Shown piece by piece: positions 29,090 through 37,657 of a DNA stretch of 58,020 nt (positions within the stretch are counted from its first letter, which is position 1; each line of letters opens with the position of its first letter). Made by a program: the position numbers and the translations under genes. Where the stretch lies: assembly GCA_030054135.1 (NCBI GenBank), contig JASGCN010000003.1:27758-85777 (forward strand). The letters are read 5' to 3'. A model generated the notes under the pieces. It was not told the DNA's origin. It did not search any database and worked only from the letters and a program-made list of their open reading frames with translations. This stretch comes from Alphaproteobacteria bacterium. GTDB lineage: Bacteria; Patescibacteriota; Minisyncoccia; Phycocordibacterales; JABAAK01.

Positions 29090-30106
29090 TTACCCTCGTA
29101 ACGCGTATTTTCCATTAAGGAAGTGAAAAGTTTTATCTCGAATTAATATTTGTTTTATTGTTCCTTCTTTTAAATCCCGCTCTTTGCTAATTTCTTTTAT
29201 AATTTGTTTTCTAGTGAGCAATCCTTTCTCCTTAAGAATAAGAGTTAAGATTTCTTTTGTAGTGCCGGGGCGGTACCCATCAGAACTTAATGCATATTTA
29301 CCTCTCCCCACAAGCACAAATGTTTTATTTCGAATCAATTCATTTAAACATGTTTGAATTTTTATTTTTTTATTAGAATATTTTTGAACTTGTTTTGCAA
29401 GATCAGAATAATGCATTGGTGCTTTTGCGTGGCGTAAAATTACACGCATATAATCTCCCACATTTCCTAAGGTGATTTCATTGTGATCGGCATGCCCCCA
29501 TTCATTGAAATGTGATTTTTTTATTTTTTTAGAAAGTGAAAGTACTATATCTGAAGAAACAGCCACATTGTTTTTTTTAAAATTTTCTGTAATAAGTTTA
29601 TACATTTCATTTTGTGTTAATATTTTATCTTTTTGGGCATCTATCATAGTATGCAATTGCCCTATCATTTGAGAAAGATTTTTTGCGTGTGAATGCTGAG
29701 TGGTAAAAAAATTAAAATGATCTTCATTTTCTTTTACCTCGTGAAATTGTTTCCCAGCGTCCAGTAGTAAATGAATATATTTTTCATCTTTTTTTGTTTT
29801 TGTTTTTATGATACTACACACATGTCCATGTGTTGCAATTCCATTGCATGTGCTAAATGCTTGTTCTAATTTTTGAAATGAAGAACTCAACCCACTGAAA
29901 CATTTATCTTTAGAAAGTTTTTCAATGGCATTTTTTTGGATTTGGCGAACTCGTTCACGAGTAATACCCATCTTGTCTCCTATTTCTTGTAATTTATACG
30001 GTGAGGGATATTTAGCTAACCCATAACGCATTTCGAGTACTTTTTTATAATTTCCGGGGAGTAGCGCAAGAACTTTATCTACAGCCTTTGTATAGCTTAA
30101 TTGCAT
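29090..30106 (-). CDS. Multi-HTH protein: N-terminal sigma-70 region-4-like HTH plus C-terminal HARE-HTH/winged-helix-like modules
   Basis: LEMRYGL...[26 protein letters not shown] at residues ~24-64 is a region 4.2 signature. No region 2. The C-terminal YMRVILRHAKAPMHYSDLAKQV...GRGKYAL resembles a HARE-HTH (inference). Confidence 0.65.
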   Translation of the reverse strand: MQLSYTKAVDKVLALLPGNYKKVLEMRYGLAKYPSPYKLQEIGDKMGITRERVRQIQKNAIEKLSKDKCFSGLSSSFQKLEQAFSTCNGIATHGHVCSIIKTKTKKDEKYIHLLLDAGKQFHEVKENEDHFNFFTTQHSHAKNLSQMIGQLHTMIDAQKDKILTQNEMYKLITENFKKNNVAVSSDIVLSLSKKIKKSHFNEWGHADHNEITLGNVGDYMRVILRHAKAPMHYSDLAKQVQKYSNKKIKIQTCLNELIRNKTFVLVGRGKYALSSDGYRPGTTKEILTLILKEKGLLTRKQIIKEISKERDLKEGTIKQILIRDKTFHFLNGKYALRG

Positions 30107-30142
30107 ATATGTACCATACCTATTTTTATATTTTTTGTAAAG

Positions 30143-32254
30143 CTATTCCCCTATGGTATCAAGTATACATGTAGAGATAAACGGCATTGCTGGAGTAAGT
30201 AACTCTAATTGTTCTTTCAAAATCATTCGCAAAAGAACTTTCCCACTTATGTGTTGTTCATTGTTAATTTTATATCTTTTTTTTATATCTTCAATTAAAA
30301 CATCACAATAGGTATGCCAAAAATAAGCATACTGTTTATCTGTAGCAATATGCACACGATATTCGTCATATTCTTGTATGATACTTTTTTCAATATCTTT
30401 CCATTCTAAGTATATTGCCATATCTGTTTCAGTGAGATCTGAGATATTTCCTGAAATGTTCTCCGTAAGTTCAAGCACAAAGCGAGTAGCATTCCATATT
30501 TTATTTGCAAAAAGTTTATACGCTCGTATTTTGTCTTCTCTTATTTTTATATCTATACCAGGAGCTGAACCAACTAACAGCGCCATTCTCATTGCATCGG
30601 TCCCATATTTTTCTGAAAGAACACGAGGGTCAATTGCATTCCCTAATGATTTACTCATTTTTCTTCCTTGCTCATCTCTTGCAATGCCATGAAGATAAAT
30701 TTTTTTAAAAGGGATCTCATTGAGTGCATAGAGTGACATCATAATCATTCTAGCAACCCAGAAGAAAAGAATGTCGTACCCTGTTTCTAGTATATCTATG
30801 GGGTGGTGTTTTTTCATTTTTTCTTTTGTGTGTGGCCAACCGAGGGTTGAAAATGTCCACATGCCTGACGAGAACCATGTATCGAGTGTGTCTGTATCTT
30901 GCACCCAGCCAGTTTCTGTTTTTTTGTCTACACCACAATATATGTCATTCCCTTTGTACCAGACAGGAATGCGGTGACCATATATAATTTGTCTTGAAAT
31001 ACACCAGTCTCTTAAATTATTTATCCAGTGGGTGTATGTACTTTCAAAATACTCTGGGATAAACTGAATACGATTATCTCCTTTTTGTAGTACACTTAAA
31101 AGAAGTTTTTTGAGAGTTGTTTTTTTCCCAAAATGATTAAATTCTTTATCCACCGCAACAAACCATTGTTCTTTTGGAAGTGGTTCAATAACTGCTCCTG
31201 TTCGTTCTGCTGTTGGAATTTGCTGAGTAACCTCTTCTTCTTTTATAAGAAGTGAATTTTTTTTAAGTTCTTCGATTACTTTTTCTCGTGCAACAAGTAC
31301 TTTGAGACCATCAAAGGATTCGTTGGTGTTACACATTTTCGCGTATTCGTTGACAACTTGTTTTACAGAAAGATTATGTCGTTCTTTAATTTCCCAATCG
31401 GTCATGCTGTGCGCCGGAGTTACCCCCAATGCCCCCGTGCCGTATTCTTTGTCTACTTCTTTGTCTGCTATCACCTGCAGTGTAATTGGCACACCACAAA
31501 AAGTAACACTAAATATTTTTCCGATATAGTGAGTGTATCGAGTGTCTTTTGGATTAACTGCGATAGCGGTATCCCCAAATTTTGTTTCAGGACGAGTGGT
31601 TGAAATAGGGATTGGTATATCTTTGTGGTAATAAAATGTATACAAGGTCCCAGTTCTTTCTTCAAGAATTATTTCATCGTCTGAAATAGTGGTTTGTCCT
31701 TTTGGATCCCAGTTAATGACCCGTGCACCGCGATAAATCAAACCATCATTATACATTCGAACAAACATTTCTTTTACAGATGTGTTTCTATCATCATCAA
31801 GAGTAAATGCAAGGCGTGTCCAATCCAAAGAAGCACCAAATGCTATCAATTGTTCAATGATAGTTTTTTGTTTTTCTTTCGCAAAAGTATCGACCATGTT
31901 AAAAAAAACTTCTTGACTATAATCGTGTCTTGTTTTGCCTTCTTTTTTTGCAATTTCTTTTTCAACCAATGTCTGAGTTGCGATGGCAGCATGGTCTGTT
32001 CCAGGTATAAATAATACCGAATACCCTCTAAAACGTTTGTACCTCGCCATTGCGTCCTCTATTGAAAGCATAACCGCATGACCCATGTGTAATATTCCAG
32101 TTACATTCGGTGGTGGAAGCACCATAGTAAAAATTCCTTTTGTATTCTCAGCTTCATTGTATGTGTATGTGTTCTCTTTGTGCCATTTTTCTGCAAGAGC
32201 TTTTTCATGCTCAAGGTGATTATACGGACGAGTAAACATTTCTGGAATTGCCAT
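30143..32254 (-). CDS. valS: Valine--tRNA ligase, short form (703 aa)
   Basis: PPPNVTGILHMGHA (HIGH), KMSKS, CP1 editing-domain TTRPET motif; no C-terminal coiled-coil extension. Confidence 0.92.
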   Translation of the reverse strand: MAIPEMFTRPYNHLEHEKALAEKWHKENTYTYNEAENTKGIFTMVLPPPNVTGILHMGHAVMLSIEDAMARYKRFRGYSVLFIPGTDHAAIATQTLVEKEIAKKEGKTRHDYSQEVFFNMVDTFAKEKQKTIIEQLIAFGASLDWTRLAFTLDDDRNTSVKEMFVRMYNDGLIYRGARVINWDPKGQTTISDDEIILEERTGTLYTFYYHKDIPIPISTTRPETKFGDTAIAVNPKDTRYTHYIGKIFSVTFCGVPITLQVIADKEVDKEYGTGALGVTPAHSMTDWEIKERHNLSVKQVVNEYAKMCNTNESFDGLKVLVAREKVIEELKKNSLLIKEEEVTQQIPTAERTGAVIEPLPKEQWFVAVDKEFNHFGKKTTLKKLLLSVLQKGDNRIQFIPEYFESTYTHWINNLRDWCISRQIIYGHRIPVWYKGNDIYCGVDKKTETGWVQDTDTLDTWFSSGMWTFSTLGWPHTKEKMKKHHPIDILETGYDILFFWVARMIMMSLYALNEIPFKKIYLHGIARDEQGRKMSKSLGNAIDPRVLSEKYGTDAMRMALLVGSAPGIDIKIREDKIRAYKLFANKIWNATRFVLELTENISGNISDLTETDMAIYLEWKDIEKSIIQEYDEYRVHIATDKQYAYFWHTYCDVLIEDIKKRYKINNEQHISGKVLLRMILKEQLELLTPAMPFISTCILDTIGE

Positions 32255-32298
32255 ATAATAATAATAGCTTAAACAAACACATCAAGCTAGAGAATGCT

Positions 32299-32844
32299 CT
32301 AATTAAGTACTTTTTTTGCTATTCTAACTCGTTCTGCGCGTGTTCCAGAAACAACTATTAATGAAAATTTTTTATGTGCTGAAAGTGTGACGAGTGTTTC
32401 TATAAAAATAGAATTTACTGCATCAATATAGACTGGGTCAATGTCTCTATTTTCTTTTGGTTCTATATACAAAGAAACAGCACTTGGTATAAAAAAATAA
32501 TGATCAATGAGTGAAATGTGCTTAGATAGTATTTCAAATGTTTCTTCTACACATGTTTGAGTAATGTTTCCAGAACGATGTGCCCACACAGTATAGACAT
32601 AGTTATCAATTAAACACCTATCCATGATGGTATTATCTTGTAATTCAACAGTACTCTTTACAAGTAAGTCTCGTATTACTATTTGAGTAGATTCTGTCGT
32701 TTGTTTGTTAATTGGTAAAGCAAGTTCTCTAATTTTATCTCTATATGTTTCTTTTTCGGTAGAAAGAAATGGGAATGTTTGTATGATATCTGAAATAAAA
32801 GTACTTTTCCCAGTATTCTGTGCTCCGAGTACGGCTATTTTCAT
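32299..32844 (-). CDS. Small P-loop NTPase/kinase (AAA_28/NadR-kinase-like)
   Basis: 181-aa ORF with Walker A GAQNTGKST at residues 7-15 and a DR(C) motif (IMDRCLID); nucleoside/nucleotide-kinase-like size. Confidence 0.6.
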   Translation of the reverse strand: MKIAVLGAQNTGKSTFISDIIQTFPFLSTEKETYRDKIRELALPINKQTTESTQIVIRDLLVKSTVELQDNTIMDRCLIDNYVYTVWAHRSGNITQTCVEETFEILSKHISLIDHYFFIPSAVSLYIEPKENRDIDPVYIDAVNSIFIETLVTLSAHKKFSLIVVSGTRAERVRIAKKVLN

Positions 32845-32859
32845 ATTACTAGTATACCC

Positions 32860-34548
32860 CTACATTTCATCCACCGGTTGGAGTGCGAGCGCATAGATAC
32901 ATTGTTCAAGAACTGCAATTGTTGCCACAACAAGAACTATCTTTGATGCAGTATTTTTTTGATTCAAAATTGGTTCAGAGGCATACCACGTATTAAAATA
33001 TTTTGCGAGACCAAATGTATACTTAGCAACAATGTGAGGAGAGCGCGTTTTATATGCCGAACGGATACATTCTCCAAAATGTAAAAGGTGCTTTCCAAGG
33101 TCATGGCTTTTTTCACTTCCAATGTAGATATCAATATCAGTTTCTTTAAATGAAGAATCGTGTACAATTTTTTTAGCGCGAGTAAGTGTGTAAAGGATAT
33201 ATGAGCCAGTTTCTCCCTCAAGGTCAGTTTCTTTGTTCGCGTCAAATATAATATCTTTTCCAACGGTGTGTTTAAGAATGTTGTATTTAATAGCTGATAT
33301 TGCGATACATTCTAATGTATGTTCTGAAAGATTTTTTTGATTAGTTTTTGCTTTTGCATTGATTTCATCTTTGAAAATGTCAATCATCTTTTCTGCTGAA
33401 AACACATCCCCTGTGCGTGAAGACATTTTCCCAGTGGGTAATTTCATAACACCGTGAGCAATGTGAAGACACTTTTCAGCATACGAAGTGAGAGATGGAA
33501 TTCGTTTCATTACGGAATACACTACACGCATATAATCTATTATTTCATTTGCAGACACAGTAATACTCACACTAATATCTGTGTATTCTTTATTTTTTAA
33601 TTGAGCAAGCCCTAATTCTTTTGCTTCGTATGTAGGAATTCCCATACTATTTACAAACACACGTGTTTGAACCTCATTTTCTTCTTTGGGAGAAATGATA
33701 GCACTGGTATCTTTTTTAAATACAGAATTGTTTTTTGATAATACATCTTCAACCAAAGAAAGCCCTATTGACCCCGTTTCACTTTCAAAATAATAACGAT
33801 TAAATTGAGTGCCCAATTTTTTGTACAAGGTTTCAAATGCTGAAAGAGAAACTTCTCTTCCTTTTTGGTATAGATCTTGAACTATTTGATTATTTTTTTT
33901 ATACAACGCCATGTTTATATTTTCAATCTCTTTTTTTGCTGTTTCATCGTCTCGATATGCTCGCGCTCCTTCTGCGTACGCAAGTCCCACAAGTGGTGGA
34001 GTAAGTTTTTCTCCATTAAATTTATTCATAAGCGCCCACACAGCAGATGCAACGTGAATACCAATGTCTCCCTGGTAATTAACTTTATACACTTTGTTTC
34101 CCATCATTTCAGAAATTCTGGCGGTTGACTCCCCTATAGCGTTTGACATTAAATGTCCTATATGCATTTCTTTAAATGGATTGCACCCAGTGTATTCAAC
34201 AAGTTCAGAATTGTGTGTTGGTTCAATGTGTTTATTCTCCTTCATATCATTAAAAAGTTCTGCAATTTCTTTAATAAAAAAAGAGTCATTAAACACTAGA
34301 TTGAGATAAATTCCAGATCGTTTTATTTCAACAGTAGAATTATAATTTTTTATTTCTTTCTGTATACAAGAAATACAATATTCCTCTGCTGAGTCAATTG
34401 AACAGCTTCTTTTTTTTGCAACCATTTGTAAAGAAATTGCAATGTGACTTTCATTTGAAAGATGTTGCGGAGGAATAGAAAACCAATCTTCACTATTCAA
34501 ATCATTGCATGCTACAATAAGAAATTTTGTGATACCGTATAATTTCAT
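32860..34548 (-). CDS. argS: Arginine--tRNA ligase
   Basis: Class I HIGH variant (EMHIGHL), MSSRTGDV in place of KMSKS, C-terminal DALR-type anticodon-binding region ending in Met. Confidence 0.85.
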   Translation of the reverse strand: MKLYGITKFLIVACNDLNSEDWFSIPPQHLSNESHIAISLQMVAKKRSCSIDSAEEYCISCIQKEIKNYNSTVEIKRSGIYLNLVFNDSFFIKEIAELFNDMKENKHIEPTHNSELVEYTGCNPFKEMHIGHLMSNAIGESTARISEMMGNKVYKVNYQGDIGIHVASAVWALMNKFNGEKLTPPLVGLAYAEGARAYRDDETAKKEIENINMALYKKNNQIVQDLYQKGREVSLSAFETLYKKLGTQFNRYYFESETGSIGLSLVEDVLSKNNSVFKKDTSAIISPKEENEVQTRVFVNSMGIPTYEAKELGLAQLKNKEYTDISVSITVSANEIIDYMRVVYSVMKRIPSLTSYAEKCLHIAHGVMKLPTGKMSSRTGDVFSAEKMIDIFKDEINAKAKTNQKNLSEHTLECIAISAIKYNILKHTVGKDIIFDANKETDLEGETGSYILYTLTRAKKIVHDSSFKETDIDIYIGSEKSHDLGKHLLHFGECIRSAYKTRSPHIVAKYTFGLAKYFNTWYASEPILNQKNTASKIVLVVATIAVLEQCIYALALQPVDEM

Positions 34549-34554
34549 ATCAAC

Positions 34555-34563
34555 AGTATAACA
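34555..34563 (-). promoter_or_regulatory. Putative extended -10 element (TGtTATACT) for argS
   Basis: Reverse complement of 34555-34563 reads TGTTATACT; 6 nt to the ATG at 34548; lies directly downstream of tRNA-Thr. Confidence 0.45.
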
Positions 34564-34573
34564 GAAAATATTT

Positions 34574-34649
34574 TGGAGCCACCTGTCGGGCTTGAACCGA
34601 CGACCTGCCGTTTACAAAACGGCTGCTCTACCAACTGAGCTAAGGTGGC
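34574..34649 (-). tRNA. tRNA-Thr (anticodon UGU), CCA encoded
   Basis: Reverse complement folds as GCCACCT/AGGTGGC acceptor, GCTC-AGTTGGTA-GAGC, GCCGT-TTTGTAA-ACGGC, GTCGG-TTCAAGC-CCGAC, discriminator U, CCA. Confidence 0.92.
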
Positions 34650-34692
34650 AATAAAATTAGTATAACATCATCTTTTGAAGTACGCTAATATA

Positions 34693-35055
34693 TTATTCAG
34701 ATCTCTTTATAGAGGTAAGAAATGTTCTTTGTGTGTGCGCATGTTCTGAAACTGCTTCTTTGGTATAGGCACCAGTATGTATACGAATAATTTTTTTCTT
34801 CACAACCTGAATGGTGGAAGTAACTTTTGGGGTTACTAATTCTTTTTTTGCCACTCCTAATTTAAAGGTTATATACTTTACTCCTAATAATACAAAAGAT
34901 TTTGATTTTGTATATAGTGCTTCGATACCAGTATTTAACTGTTCGCGAACACTTGTTCCGATGTGAATATTCCATTTATATTCACACAAAATAATAATTG
35001 CATATACGAGATATATTGCGAGAACCACAAAAGAAAAAATGAAAAAATATGCCAT
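34693..35055 (-). CDS. Hypothetical small membrane protein
   Basis: 120-aa ORF starting 1 nt after the tsf stop; N-terminal TM helix; no motif. Confidence 0.5.
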   Translation of the reverse strand: MAYFFIFSFVVLAIYLVYAIIILCEYKWNIHIGTSVREQLNTGIEALYTKSKSFVLLGVKYITFKLGVAKKELVTPKVTSTIQVVKKKIIRIHTGAYTKEAVSEHAHTQRTFLTSIKRSE

Positions 35056-35056
35056 A

Positions 35057-35638
35057 CTAAATTGAAAACACTACTACCCGTCCAATTTCTATTCGCTCTC
35101 CAAATTTTTGGGTTGCCTGTTCTATTTTTTGTTGTATAGTGAAAGAATCATCTTTTACAAATGGTTGTTCAACAAGAACGACTTCACGAAGTCGTACAGC
35201 TAATTTCCCAGAAAGAATTTTATCTTGTATGTCTTTTGGTTTCGAAGTATCAATGTCAACTGAAAGCTCTTGAGTTATTTTCTCCATAAGATCCTCCGCA
35301 ATCTCTTTTTTATGCACATATAGTGGGCGCATTGCTGTTGCATGCAATGCAATATCTCTTGCCAGAGTAATAAATTCTTCATTACGAGCAACGAAATCTG
35401 TTTCACATAATAATTCAACAAGAGCGCCTGTCTTCAATGTATTGTGAATGTAACTTTGCACTACTCCTCCCCCGAGAGTTCGGTCAGATTTTTTTTGTGC
35501 TGCAATTGCTCCTTTTTGTCTTAAAATGTCTTTTGCTTTTTCAAAATCACCATTTGTTTGTTCGAGTGCCTCCTTACATTTGCTAATTGAGATATTTGTT
35601 TCATCTCTCAATTTTTTTACATCATCAATGGTAATCAT
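35057..35638 (-). CDS. tsf: Elongation factor Ts (short form)
   Basis: N-terminal UBA-like VKKLRDETNISISKCKEALEQTNGDFEKAKDILRQKG; follows rpsB. Confidence 0.9.
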   Translation of the reverse strand: MITIDDVKKLRDETNISISKCKEALEQTNGDFEKAKDILRQKGAIAAQKKSDRTLGGGVVQSYIHNTLKTGALVELLCETDFVARNEEFITLARDIALHATAMRPLYVHKKEIAEDLMEKITQELSVDIDTSKPKDIQDKILSGKLAVRLREVVLVEQPFVKDDSFTIQQKIEQATQKFGERIEIGRVVVFSI

Positions 35639-35646
35639 ACAATCTA

Positions 35647-36348
35647 TTATTCTTTGTGAGTTGCTCCTTTTTTATATGCATCAACAATATATGAGAGCAT
35701 TTGAGTCACAGAAGTTCTTGAAGTGGTATTCACTGGGATTGGATGTGAAAATAATTTAATATTCATATCTGCATTTGTTATCGCAATGATAGGTATATTG
35801 AGATCGGATGCATCTTTAGTTGCAATTGCTTCTTTTTTAGGGTCGAGAATGCAAACAACATCTGGCACGTGTTGCATATCTCTCACTCCCCAAAATTTTT
35901 TCTTGAGATTTTGTAATTCGCGATTCAAAAGAACAATTTCTTTTTTTGTGTATTTTTTCCACACATTGTTCTCCTGGTCAGAAATCATAGTGTTCATATC
36001 ATCAATTCTTTTTTTAATATTAGAAAAATTTGATAAAAGTCCTCCTGTCCAACGAGTTGTCACATACGGCATATAAATACTTTTTGAAAATTCTTCAACA
36101 ATTGAAGACGATTCTGGTTTTGTTCCTATAAAAAGAATTTTTTTTCCTTGTTTCCCTAATTGTTCAACATAACTTAATGTTTTTTGCATTACTGGAATTG
36201 TTTTTTCTATATCAAAGACCATAACACCTGTCGCATGAGCCCCCACATATTGTTTCATTGATGGGTGTAAATTTTTCTTTAACACAGCATATTGCGCACC
36301 TACATCCATGAGGGTTTCTTTGTTAATGGCCATAGTTTGAGTCGACAT
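35647..36348 (-). CDS. rpsB: 30S ribosomal protein S2
   Basis: S2-like sequence begins at MSTQTMAINKETLMDVGAQYA. The track ORF extends upstream to 36435 and overlaps prfA; the ATG at 36348 is preceded by TGtTATGAT plus 6 nt. Confidence 0.9.
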   Translation of the reverse strand: MSTQTMAINKETLMDVGAQYAVLKKNLHPSMKQYVGAHATGVMVFDIEKTIPVMQKTLSYVEQLGKQGKKILFIGTKPESSSIVEEFSKSIYMPYVTTRWTGGLLSNFSNIKKRIDDMNTMISDQENNVWKKYTKKEIVLLNRELQNLKKKFWGVRDMQHVPDVVCILDPKKEAIATKDASDLNIPIIAITNADMNIKLFSHPIPVNTTSRTSVTQMLSYIVDAYKKGATHKE

Positions 36349-36354
36349 GCATAT

Positions 36355-36363
36355 ATCATAACA
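36355..36363 (-). promoter_or_regulatory. Putative extended -10 element (TGtTATGAT) for rpsB-tsf
   Basis: Reverse complement of 36355-36363 reads TGTTATGAT; 6 nt to the ATG at 36348. Confidence 0.45.
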
Positions 36364-36388
36364 AAAGAAACTCCTATATACAAGTAAT

Positions 36389-37360
36389 CTATTCTTCCTC
36401 TGAATCCCCCATTTCACCCTTCTCCAGTGCTTCACAAATTTGAGCTATATTTCCAGAAAGAATTTTAGGAATTCCATACCAGCTCTGTTTAATTCTATGA
36501 TCAGTGCAACGATCTTGTGGAATATTATATGTCCTTATTTTTTCAGATCTATCTGCGGTTCCGATTTGCAATTTACGAATATCAGCGTGTTCTTTGTGCT
36601 CTTTTCTTCGTATATCATCTTCTATTTTTGCACTTAATATCTGCATTGCTCGTTCTTTATTTTTTTGTTGACTTCTTTCTTCAGTACACTTTACTTCAAA
36701 CCCACTTGGTAGATGCACAATACGAACTGCTGTTTCTCTTTTGTTGACATTTTGACCTCCTTTACCCCCCGCACGAGCAGTTTCAATTAAAAGATCTTCT
36801 GGCCGAATCACAATTGTTGAATGTGCTTTAAGTGGAAGCACTGCGACGGAAGCGGTGGAGGTGTGCACTCTTCCATTTTTTTCAGTAGATGGGATCCGCT
36901 GCACTCTATGCACTCCTGTTTCAAATTGCAACCCTTCGAAAACACCTTTTCCTTTTAATCCTAAAGAAACTTCTTTTATTCCACCTATTCCATTTTCACT
37001 TTTGTAAATAATATGCCATTCCCATCCCTTACTATCTGAATATTTTTGATACATATGAAGTAAATCAGACCCAAACAATGCGGCTTCATCTCCTCCAGCA
37101 CCTGCACGAATTTCCATAATTGCCTCATGTATTGCTTGCCCTTGTACTGTATTTTTTGATTGAATATTAACCAACTGAGTTTCAAGTCTGGTTAATTCTT
37201 CAGAGAGTTGTGTTCTTTCTTCTTCAACAAGTTCAGCAAGCTCTTTGTCTTGTATTACATTTAATTCAATCAACCGTTGTGCACATTTTTCATATTCTCC
37301 CGCAAGATATGCAGTGGTGTGATTTTTTTTAAGCTCAGAGAGCTCTTCCTCTTGTAGCAT
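36389..37360 (-). CDS. prfA: Peptide chain release factor, RF1-type (short, 323 aa)
   Basis: GGQ motif (GGKGGQNVNK). The tripeptide-anticodon region reads RIPSTEKNGRVHTS (a PxT-type variant, not SPF). Confidence 0.85.
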   Translation of the reverse strand: MLQEEELSELKKNHTTAYLAGEYEKCAQRLIELNVIQDKELAELVEEERTQLSEELTRLETQLVNIQSKNTVQGQAIHEAIMEIRAGAGGDEAALFGSDLLHMYQKYSDSKGWEWHIIYKSENGIGGIKEVSLGLKGKGVFEGLQFETGVHRVQRIPSTEKNGRVHTSTASVAVLPLKAHSTIVIRPEDLLIETARAGGKGGQNVNKRETAVRIVHLPSGFEVKCTEERSQQKNKERAMQILSAKIEDDIRRKEHKEHADIRKLQIGTADRSEKIRTYNIPQDRCTDHRIKQSWYGIPKILSGNIAQICEALEKGEMGDSEEE

Positions 37361-37363
37361 ACT

Positions 37364-37630
37364 TTATTGTGCACTAGAATCTGTCTTTTTTCTTTTTGCC
37401 AATTTTGCTTTAAATCTATCAACTCTTCCTGCTGTGTCAATAACATGATCTTTTTTAGTATAGAACGGGTGAGATGCAGAAGAAATTTCAACAGCAATAA
37501 CATAATGCTTTACCCCATTTATTTCTTCAGTAACATCTGTTGTCAAAGTTGAAAATGTGGAAAAATCGACCTGCGCAGTTCTATCTCTGAATATAACTGG
37601 ATTGAGTGGTGTGTGGATTTCTTTTTTCAT
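37364..37630 (-). CDS. rpmE: 50S ribosomal protein L31 (non-zinc type B-like)
   Basis: 88-aa ORF with MKKEIHTPLN... and ...SHPFYT; lacks the CxxC pairs. Confidence 0.85.
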   Translation of the reverse strand: MKKEIHTPLNPVIFRDRTAQVDFSTFSTLTTDVTEEINGVKHYVIAVEISSASHPFYTKKDHVIDTAGRVDRFKAKLAKRKKTDSSAQ

Positions 37631-37657
37631 ACAATCAATACAGTATCACAGTACACT

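Noticed and set aside
36371-36375. AGGAG upstream of rpsB as a Shine-Dalgarno site
   Set aside because: It lies 23 nt from the rpsB ATG, and the only ATG at SD distance is out of frame. It is probably fortuitous, since it lies within the extended track ORF.
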